Positions 37,801 to 49,588 of a DNA stretch of 64,000 bases are shown here, one piece after another; position 1 is the stretch's first letter, and each line of letters begins with the position of its first letter. The translations under genes were made by a program, and so were the position numbers. Under the pieces are notes generated by a model. It made no database searches. It was not told where the DNA came from and saw only the letters and a list, made by a program, of their open reading frames with translations. This DNA is from Macrostomum lignano (lineage: Eukaryota): contig NIVC01001688.1 of NCBI GenBank assembly GCA_002269645.1, positions 124,001 to 188,000 on the forward strand, in the 5' to 3' direction.

Positions 37801-40800
37801 CCGCGCAGCCGATTGGCTTTGAGAAAGCTGACACCCTGGCCGTCTAAAACACTGCTAGCCATGTCCTTTAGGAAGGCCTGGATTGGTTAGAGATTAGTAA
37901 AATTCATTGTCAGACACTCACAGGCTGTCTGATAGCATGCTTGGGCGCAACCTAGGGATTCACCTGGCCGTTTCTATTGGCAACACACACATGTAAGTCG
38001 CTATTGGACGGAATAGTAGTCACGTGACTGCTCTCAGCCAATAGCGACTTACATGTGTGTGTTGCCAATAGAAACGGCCAGGTGAATCCCTAGGTTGCGC
38101 ATGTATGTATGATAGGTTAGGTACATAATGCCTGCAGAGCGGTCTACGCTCGTATTTTACGTCAAATAACCAATCTTTCAATGAAATGAACACTTTTTTC
38201 GACAATGATCCAGTCTCACCGCTATGATTTTCTCTATCCCTTCGCTATGATTTCTCGATCCCTTTGTTATGATCTTCTCTATCCCTTCGCTATAATCTCT
38301 ATCCCTTCGTTATGATCCTCCGTTCCCATCCACAATGATCCCATCGCCCTACCTGATCAGCAGCCGAAGTGTCCGGGCCCTTCTTGGCGCCGGGAGACAC
38401 GCCAGTAGCGGAGGCCGCGGCCGCAGCCGCCGCATTGGCAGCCTTGGAGAAGCCACCGGCTGCCGCCCTGCTGAGCTGCTGCTCCCGCTGCTTCACCACC
38501 TCCTGCGCTTGGCGCATCAGCGCGGAGCTCTCCACTACGGAGCGCTTGGCTCCCAATGGGGTAAACTGCTTCTGCTGCGGCTGCTGCTGCGAGTGGGGCA
38601 GCCGGGTATTCTGGCCGATGGCACCGCCGCTCCCGCTGTTGCCGCCTGGGAGTTTGAGTGGCTTGCAATAATAATGATGATGAATGATGACAGATTGCTA
38701 ATCTAGCCAGCATCACTGATGAAGGAATAGAATGGATTGCTAATCTAGCCAGCATCACTGATGAAGGAATAGAATGGATTGCTAATCTAGCCAGCATCAA
38801 TGATGAAGGAATAGAATGGATTGCTAATCTAGCCAGCATCACTGATGAAGGAATAGAATGGATTGCTAATCTAGCCAACATCACTGATGAAGGAATAGAA
38901 TGGATTGCTAATCTAGCCAACATCACTGATGAAGGAATAGAATGGATTGCTAATCTAGCCAGCATCACTGATGAAGGAATAGAATGGTTTGCTAATCTAG
39001 CCAGCATCACTGATGAAGGAATAGAATGGATTGCTAATCTAGCCAACATCACTGATGAAGGAATAGAATGGATTGCTAATCTAGCCAACATCACTGATGA
39101 AGGAATAGAATGGATTGCTAATCTAGCCTGCATCACTGATGAAGGAATAGAATGGATTGCTAATCTAGCCAACATCACTGATGAAGGAATAGAATGGATT
39201 GCTAATCTAGCCAACATCACTGATGAAGGAATAGAAGAGATTGCTAATCTAGCCAGCAAATGAGCACATGAGAGCACAGAGAACACTAGTGAATGAGCAA
39301 TTAAAGATTATAGAGTGCAAAAACTGCAATGTTCTGATAAATCTGTCACCAAAAGCACCCCGTAGCGGCTCAATAACTACAGAAGCGAGATAAAAAAGTT
39401 ATACGGAGATTTCAAGACTGATAATTGAAAAACTGTTTTGCACCCAGAGAAAACAAGACACGGTTAGTGCATACTGTGCCAGACAATAAACTCCATCAGA
39501 CAATGGCTATTAACAAGCACCGACATTGGTAAAATTATCCGAAGCGCTGAAAGTGACCGTCTAAAAAAGATTGCAAAACTCACGGCGTCTGCCGTTATTA
39601 CTGCGACTATGCCTATAGGTCAGATAGAATGAGGTCTCGGCCGCCCTGAGGCCGCCTAGAACTGGCACCAGCCACCACAGGCGGGCTTTCACTCCGCTGT
39701 CGGTTAGCTCTATTGGAGAGGGTTCAGGATTAGTATAAGCCATATAATAGACCTGCATTTCATATTTGACACACTAGACAGAGCCACGGCCTTTATTAAG
39801 GTTATAAACTAACAAGCCAAAATATCTGCGGTTTCTTGTACTCTAAATATTCTTGCACAACATATAATTTCCAAGAAAAACTATTGAAGGCCGATATGCG
39901 ACGATATACACTGATCTTCTCTCCCCATCCACACTGATCCCCTCTCCCCATCCACACTGATCCCCTCTCCCCATCCACACTGATCCCCTCTCCCCATCCA
40001 CACTGATCCCCTCTCCCCATCCACACTGATCCCCTCTCCCCATCCACACTGATCCCCTCTCCCCATCCACACTGATCCCCTCTCCCCATCCACACTGATC
40101 CCCTCTCCCCATCCACACTGATCCCTTCTCTCCACCCACACTGATCCCCTCTCCCCATCCACACTGATCCCTTCTCTCCACCCACACTGATCCCCTCTCC
40201 CCATCCACACTGATCCCCTCTCCCCATCCACACTGATCCCCTCTCCCCATCCACACTGATCCCCTCTCCCCATCCACACTGATCCCCTCTTCCCATCCAC
40301 ACTCACTGATCCCCTCTTCCCATCCACACTGATCCCTACTCCTAATCAGGTAAAATGGAGCAATCGGCCTTCAAAAATGGAGTAAATATGTGGAATTGGC
40401 GTTTTTAAAAAGTACTAGAATATTTTGTATCACAAAAAATAATAGTAAAACTAGCATAGCAACCACTTGAAGGAGTCAACTAACCCAACAGTTCGCCGAT
40501 CGCGCTGCCAGCTTGCTGTCCGAGGTTGTCGGACAGACCGGCGATAAACGAGTCCAGGGCGTGAGCCACGCCTCCGCCCGTCTCTTCGCTATGCGCCTGC
40601 TGCTGCTGCTGCTGGCGCGCCGATCCTGGCGTCGAAGTCGGAGTAGAGCTACCGCCGCCGCTGCCGGAGGAGTCCTGCCGGTCGAACCGGAACGCCGGGC
40701 CTGAAACGCGCGGCGCCCCCTCTGGAGTGCCCGGGTGCGAGCCGACTGAGCCCACGCGGCGGGGCGGCGGCGGCCTGGGCGGCCTTGGTGGGCCGCCGGG

Positions 40801-42661
40801 CCCCGTGGCCGAGCCCTGCGATCCTTGCGAGTGCAGCTGCGCCCTGCGGTTTTAGACAGGGTGAGGATCAGGGCAGGTGAGGATCAGGGCAGGTGAGGAT
40901 CAGGGCAGGTGAGGATCAGGGCAGGGTGAGGATCAGGGCAGGTGAGGATCAGGGCAGGGTGAGGATCAGGGCAGGTGAGGATCAGGGCAGAGTGAGGATC
41001 AGGGCAGGTGAGGATCAGGGCAGGTGAGGATCAGGGTATGGATTAATGTTAGTATGTAGGGTGTCGAGCTAGGTGGCAGTTGGTGAGGTTAATGGTTACA
41101 GCAGTAATATAAACCTACCTCCCAGCAGTTACTGGTGTCACGCCGTCCGCAGCCGGAACCTTCAATGACAACATTGGAGACAAGCATGTACTTCTCGAAT
41201 ATAACAAATGGCAGAGCAGAGCGAAGACAAAACAAAATGTAGATTTCTTTAAAACACAACATATCGGATTATATTAGGAAAGCAATTAAAATATGCATAC
41301 CGTTTAGCTGATACTACTCACTAGGAAGCGTGTTAGTAGTAGTATATAATTATTAATTAGTAGTAGCGGCCTCTTAATTAAACAAAAACTTCTAGTAAAG
41401 CTTCTACAGGACCTCCGATTCGTTAGTAAGCAGGTGTGCAAGACAATAAATTAAGAGATCACTACTAGTACGGAAGCCAATGCGCGTAGTATACTACTGA
41501 ATAAGTCCCCGTCGGGCAGTAGACGGTGATGCATCTTTACAATTCGAAAGCAAAATTTTGTTTTAAGAATTCTTCTCCAGATATAATTCCACCGTTAAAC
41601 TAAGCAAACAGTACAGGTGCACTAATCAACAAATTTATGAGCTAATTCTAATAAATCCATCACTGATTTGATTAGTAAAAATGAATTAGACAAAAAAGCA
41701 ATCAGTTTGCATAGCAGGTAACAAGTGCTGGTTATTAAAAGTTACTCGTGCACCGGCCACAAATGGGCGCCCACCTGATCGTCCCTTTCATCAATTTCCT
41801 AGAATGGAAAAACAGACACATGCTGAGAGAACGATGACTAACGTTTAATGACGTCATGGCTATTTTTAGAAACAGACTCGAAATTCTTTGACGAGGCACG
41901 CCGTGCATTCCTATAAAACAAAATGACCTCATTAGCGTCCAGAAGTAGCGATACTGTAGTAGCCTATAATAGATTTTTATTGCATTCCTGAAATTCACTG
42001 AAAATTGTATGTGCATGTGTTAATTTCACAAAAAGATGCCGCTTAGCGCCATTCCTTGTTCCCAAGGGCCAGATGTGCAACCGACAGCTCAGCCGCAGCT
42101 ATTGCGCGGCGCATCTGAAGGCTGCGTACGGCTGTTCAGTCCATGGACTGGGGGGTCGCCACACACCCTCAATTACCCCAGCTAATGCTGGCACCCATTT
42201 TACAGCTGGGTGAGCTGAAGCAATGCAGAGTTAAGTGTCTTGCTCAAGGACACGAATTGCTTCAAGTGGGATCGGGAATCAAACCCCCGACCTTCAAGTT
42301 GTTAGTCCCACGCTCTAGTCAAATGAAAGGAAATTTTCCAAACCTGTTGAATTTCAGACATGCATTAAAAATCTATAGACAGATCTAATCTTATCGCCAC
42401 TTTTTGAACACCGCTTTGTAGTATTATATTTGCCCATAAGCTGTGTTGGCATTCGACGCATCCTACAAAACCAAATGACGTCATTACTATTTTTAGAAAC
42501 AATTATAAAAAATGTTGATTGCATGAAATAAACAGCTTTTATAAGTAAGTTTGCACAGTATTGCAACGACACAGACATTAAGGAAAGAATAAATATTAAA
42601 CAGAACAAAACATGCCTTGCTGGATGAAGAACACATAAATAAAAAGTTCGCTGCAACTCAA

Positions 42662-42694
<33 letters not shown>

Positions 42695-43939
42695 AGGCAA
42701 TGCAGATAAACTAAACCAATAAGCTATTTTTATTGATGATTGAGAATGTACAGCCTACCGCCTTCTGTCTGAGTTGCCATGGAAACAAGACGTTTCACAA
42801 TAAAAAGATGGAAATCCAACTATAACATAATGAATATTATAACCATTCATTACCTACTACATCTCATGGCAACCATTTTATTACCTGTTGCCATGGCAAC
42901 CAATTTATTTTCTGTTGTCATGGCAACCAACTTATTACCTTTTGTCATGGCAACCAATTTACTACCTGTTGTCATGGCAACCAATTTATTATCTGTTGTC
43001 ATGGCAACCAATTTATTACTTATTGCCATGGCAACCAATTTATTACTTATTGCAATGACAACCAATTTATTACTTATTGTCATGGCAACCGATTTATTGT
43101 CTGTCGTCATGACAACCAATTTATTATCTGTTGTCATGGCAACAAAATTATTACCTACTGTTATAGTAATGACTATGGTAACCAATAAATAATTTAATCT
43201 ATAACACAGTTGCCATAGCAACCAACCAAAACAACACGTTGCCATAGCAACATAGAGCCTCACCGAGTCGGTCAGCTCGGTGTCCTCCCCTGAGCTGTTA
43301 TCGCCGGAGGAATCTTCGCCGCCAGTTCGACCGGCAGCCGAGGGCGGCAGCTGCAGCGAGTCGGGCGGCTGGAAGGCGTCCTCGGCGGCGTCAATGACGA
43401 GACGGGCGGCCGAGCGGCTCTGGCGAAGCTGGTTGGGATCGCCGACGATGTCCGAGGAGATGATCTCGGACACAAAGTCGGTCAGGCTCGCGTAGGAGGT
43501 GCTGGCGGGCAGCGGCTGGGCGCCGGATGAGGCCGGCTCTGAGTCTGAGCAGCCGCTCTCGTCTGCATTCGATTTGTTTGTGAACGAAGCTTAATTTAAC
43601 CTTTGTTGAACTCTGCAACCTACTTGTGCAAGTAGAGTACTAGCAGAATAATACTAAACTAGATAAACATCTAGACACAAGCGAAGAGCTCTGACTGGGG
43701 CAGTTGTCTGCAACTTTAGGTTAGGCCAACGGAATTCCCTACTTTGTACAACAGGCCGGCATAACCACATTGAATTATTAAAGCGGCGACTATTTTCAAC
43801 AGATTAAAGTTTTCATAAAAATAGCATGTAGTAGTGGAAATTGAAAGATAACAGTTAGACAAAAGGTCAGACAGACACAGACAGGCATACAGACCGGCAG
43901 ACAGACAGACGGCAAACAGACACAGACAGACAGACAGAC

Positions 43940-43986
<47 letters not shown>

Positions 43987-43997
43987 GTCAGGCAGAC

Positions 43998-44056
<59 letters not shown>

Positions 44057-44067
44057 GTCAGGCAGAC

Positions 44068-44098
<31 letters not shown>

Positions 44099-44174
44099 CA
44101 GACAAACAGACAGACAGACAGACCAGACACAGACAGACAGACAGACGGACGGACAGACAGACAGTCAGGCAGAC

Positions 44175-44217
<43 letters not shown>

Positions 44218-44228
44218 GTCAGGCAGAC

Positions 44229-44282
<54 letters not shown>

Positions 44283-44287
44283 CAGAC

Positions 44288-44333
<46 letters not shown>

Positions 44334-44369
44334 CAGACACAGACAGACAGACAGACAGACAGACCAGAC

Positions 44370-44416
<47 letters not shown>

Positions 44417-44427
44417 GTCAGGCAGAC

Positions 44428-44470
<43 letters not shown>

Positions 44471-44491
44471 CAGACAGACAAACAGACAGAC

Positions 44492-44529
<38 letters not shown>

Positions 44530-44557
44530 GGACGGACAGACAGACAGTCAGGCAGAC

Positions 44558-44608
<51 letters not shown>

Positions 44609-44619
44609 GTCAGGCAGAC

Positions 44620-44658
<39 letters not shown>

Positions 44659-44704
44659 GTCAGGCAGACACACAGATAGACAGACAGACACAGACAGACC
44701 AGAC

Positions 44705-44762
<58 letters not shown>

Positions 44763-44767
44763 CAGAC

Positions 44768-44798
<31 letters not shown>

Positions 44799-47700
44799 TC
44801 CAGCCAGCCTCAAGCCGCAGACGCACCAGTAGGCGGGTCCCCATTTGGCGGCTCATAGCAGAGCTTCAGAGTGCAGGTCTCGGGCGGCTGGCGGCACACG
44901 GAGAACTGCAGGCGCTGCAGCTGCTGGCTGAACCACTTGTGCTTGTCGCCGATGGCGGTCGGATCCGTCAGGCCCGTGTGGATGCGCTGGAAGGCGCAGT
45001 TGTCCGGGCACAGCGACCATTCGGCGAAGTACTCGACAGCCTGAGTGCGGGCGAGGCGGTCGGTGAAGTCGCAGCGGCGCGGCCTGGACTGTACAAAGGC
45101 GAAGTACTGGAAGGCCACCACCGGGCGCGGGTAGAGACGCAGGGTGCGCGTGTGCTCAGCAAAGTTGCCAAGGACGTTTGGCGAATTGAAGAATCGAACC
45201 ATGGCCACTCGGGCGGCCACGTCAACGGAGTCAACGTCGTTGCCAGAGGCAACGGCGGCTGGCGTGGGCTGCTGATGATGGCAGGTCAGGAATTCCGCGT
45301 CCTGATTGGCTACCGTGTCCAGGTTCTTGATTGGCTGCTGCTGGGCCGCCTCGTTCATCATGGCCAAAGCCTGAGAGCGGGGAAGGCATCCGAGGAATTT
45401 AAACAATTAACTGGCTCAACTATCAGAGAGGGACAGGCCTCTCCACACTCACTGGCGACTCTCTCCTCACTCACTGGCCAATCAGAGAGCGACAGACCTC
45501 TCTCCACACTCACTGGCCAATCAGAGAGCGACAGGCCTTCTACACTCATTGGCCAATCAGGGGGTGACAGGACTCTCTCCACACTCACTGGCCAATCAGA
45601 GAGCGACAGGCCTACACTCATTGGCCAATCAGGGGGTGACAGGACTCTCTCCACACTCACTGGCCAATCAGAGAGCGACAGGCCTCTCTCCACACTCACT
45701 GGCCAATCAGAGAGCGACAGGCCTCTCTCCACACTCACTGGCCAATCAGAGAGCGGCAGGCCTTCTACACTACTGGCCAATCAGAGAGCGGCAGGCCTTC
45801 TACACTCACTGGCCAATCAGAGTGGCAGGCCCTCTCTCTACACTCACTGGCCAATCAGAGAGCGACAGGCTTCTCCCCACACTCACTGCCCAATCAGAGA
45901 GCGACAGCTAAACAACACAGCAAGCACCAGTGATTGTGTGAACTTGCTCGAAAGTTTGATAGCAGCGCAATTGCAATTTACAGGAGAAAATCAGTGACTG
46001 AGTGGGATTGGCAATATTTGCATTAGTTCAGCTTGAGTACTTCAGTCCAAGGATTAATCGGCTCTAAGAAATTTACTCCAGAGAAACGAGCGCAGTGCAA
46101 GCAGCAGCAGCTCGGCAGAACCAATAAAGCCGATTGATCACAATAATGACAACACATTGAATATTGCAATTCAAACATTGGTTTATGTGTTACTAGGTGG
46201 ATGATTTCGGACTATTCTTCATTCTTGCTGTGAATTTTTATTTATTCGAATGTATTAATTTTACCTGCAGGTACTGGAAAAAGAAATCGAGTAATAAAAA
46301 TATTATAATAAATAAGATTGAAACAGCCAGCATTAATTTGCTTGTCAAAAAATAAACAAAAACGAAAAAAGGGCGCACAAGCAGAAAACTGACGGTCTCA
46401 CCTGCTGCAGCTGGGAGCGCAGCTGGCTACCTTCGGGCTCCGGCAGGCTGGGCAGCTTGCCCATGTCCTGGGCGCACACGATCTGGTTGGTTGGTAGGTT
46501 GCAAAAATTCAAGGATAGGATTTAGGATTTATGATGCAACTGAAACGCGAAGCACCGGGACTTTAATTATAGAGATGTGTTCCAATTGGAAGTGTCCCTA
46601 CTCTGAGATAGAATAATTTGCTTTAAAATGTACATTGGGGATGAGGGGAGAGGGAAGAGTGTACACTGGGGATGAGGGGAGAAGGAAGAGTGTACACTGG
46701 GGATGAGGGGAGAAGGAAGAGTGTACACTGGGGATGAGGGGAGAAGGAAGAGTGTACACTGGGGATGAGGGGAGAAGGAAGAGTGTACACTGGGGATGAG
46801 GGGATAGGGAAGAGTGTACACTGAGGATGAGGGGAGATGGAAGAGTGTACACTGGGGATGAGTGGAGAAGGAAGATATTAGGGCCAAGGAATGAGCAGAA
46901 ACACGGGAGAACTACACCAAACAGCATGTCAGCTACAAATACAAATGCGATTATGGAAAGATCGCCAAGCGATGCATTCAATCAGAACCACCCCCCCCCT
47001 TGATCCGGATCTCCATCCCTTGATAATAATGAAATTGAGCAGACCTGAAAATGCAAATTTTACTGCAAGACCGCCAGGGCTATAAAAAGGGAGAGGGCTA
47101 CTACACTAAGAGACATTGTCGATCGCCAGGGGAGCAGGACGGGAGCAAGGCATTCCAGAGCAGAGACGAAAGCCAGGAAAAGAACAGAAAATCCATACAT
47201 GCTGCACAGATGATTGCAGAACCGGACACACGAGGAAGCTTAGATGCATTTGGCGCAAATGCCACATCAGCTAGGGGCAGATTAATTCCTTGGTCAGCGG
47301 CTCTTGCTGCTGCTGCTGCTGCAGATGGCAGGCTAATGACGCTTCTCCCAACTCCGTTCCCTCTCATATTGAATACATTTAGCATGGCTGGCCAAGGTTT
47401 ACCCTCTTGCTTTGCTCAGTCAAGTGACCGTTGTAACTTTTCCCCAACATTACACTCTCCACATTATATCATCTCCCACACTCGCTGAGCCCATCTCCCA
47501 CACTCACTGAGTCCATCTCCCACACTCACTGAGCCCATCTCCCACTCTCACTGAGCCCATCTCCCACACTCACTGAGCCCATCTCCCACACTCACTGAGT
47601 CCATCTCCCACACTCACTGAACCCATCTCCCACACTCACTGAGTCCATCTCCCACACTCACTGAGCCCATCTCCCACACTCACTGAGTCCATCTCCCACA

Positions 47701-49482
47701 CTCACTGAGCCCATCTCCCACACTCACTGAGTCCATCTCCCACATTCACTGAGCCCATCTCCCACACTCACTGAGCCCATCTCCCACACTCACTGAGCCC
47801 ATCTCCCACACTCACTGAGTCCATCTCCCACACTCACTGAGCCCATCTCCCACACTCACTGAGTCCATCTCCCACACTCACTGAGTCCATCTCCCACATT
47901 CACTGAGTCCATCTCCCACACTCACTGAGCCCATCTCCCACACTCACTGAGTCCATCTCCACTCTCACTGAGTCCATCTCCCACACTCACTGAGCCCATC
48001 TCCCACACTCACTGAGCCCATCTCCCACACTCACTGAGCCCATCTCCCACACTCACTGAGCCCATCTCCCACACTCACTGAGCCCATCTCCCACACTCAC
48101 TGAGCCCATCTCCCACACTCACTGAGCCCATCTCCCACACTCACTGAGCCCATCTCCCACACTCACTGAGCCCATCTCCCACACTCACTGAGCCCATCTC
48201 CCACACTCACTGAGTCCATCTCCCACACTCACTGAGCCCATCTCCCACTCTCACTGAGCCCATCTCCCACACTCACTGAGCCCATCTCCCACACTCACTG
48301 AGTCCATCTCCCACACTCACTGAGCCCATCTCCCACACTCACTGAGTCCATCTCCCACACTCACTGAGCCCATCTCCCACACTCACTGAGTCCATCTCCC
48401 AGCCATAAAGAGCCATGAACTGGCGATAATCTGGCAAGCAGAATGACTGGATGTGGATCGATCAGAAGTAAATGATCACGAACGGGGCCTGGATACAGCT
48501 GAGCAAATCGGCAAGGTCCCGCGGGCGGGTTGAGTCTCCTAGGAGCTGCGTGTTTTCTAATGATAGCTCCTACCCCGACGCTGAGACATCCCGCCTCGCC
48601 CCCGGCCTCTGGGAGCATTCTCCCACCCCCTTCCGCCTGAACTGGGCGCGGGACACCGGAGGGGATCGGGGATCGGGCCAAGGCGAGGGGATGCTTATAT
48701 TTTAATCCCGGGAATTTTCAGGCGTCGGATAGAAGACAGAAAGACGGAAATGAAAAACACAGCTCTGGAGCCGGACAGACAGACAGAGAGGAGGCAGTGG
48801 CTGCTCGGGATAAAAGCAGAAAAATAGGAGCATTGACTGCAAAAGCTACAGTGCAGAGGGCAGAGCGACTGGCAGGGTACAGTTGTTACCACAATCAACG
48901 GAGCCTGTGTTCAAATCAATAGCAATCAAAATGACCAAGATTGCAAACCCAATTAAAAAAACCTTTTCAAACACCGTCAACGTGAATAAAATGATCCCTA
49001 ACCTTATTCGCGTCCAAATCCACCAGCCAAACATCCGGTGGGAGGCAGAAGTTCTTTTTGTACAGCAGGAAGCTGGCGGGCAGGCCGATGATGTAGGGAG
49101 TTGGCGCCAGCAGCAGCTGCTCGGCTGACATCATGCAGGTGGGCAGCAGGGGGATCACGGGGAACATGTACTGCATGGGGTACAGCATGGCCACGAATGC
49201 CATGACGCTCATTGTGAGCGCGTTCTCGTCTCGGGACTGCAGGACCAGCTTGTTCTCCAGCAGGATGCAGGTGAGCACGCGGAGGCAGGTGTCCACGCCC
49301 AGCAGCTCCAGCGGCAGGTGCAGGGGGAAGTCGGCCAGCGACAGCCGGCTGCGGTCGGGCAGGGCGAACACCAGCGGGGGGTAGTCGGCCTCGGGAAGCA
49401 CCGTCAGCTGCAGTAGGGAATGGGAACTGCGGGTCAGCTTGCTGCTCTTGAGCCTGTCCGTCCGAGTCTCTGAGCGTCTAGC

Positions 49483-49531
<49 letters not shown>

Positions 49532-49553
49532 GCCTGTCTGTCTGTCTGTCTGT

Positions 49554-49588
<35 letters not shown>

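Noticed and set aside
48361-48900. Apparent MADD exon ending in a CTCA|GTGAGT donor at the edge of the 22-bp array
   Set aside because: MADD exon 3 (DLDANK) joins directly and in frame to exon 4 (IVCAQ..LPEPE); this stretch has no MADD similarity.
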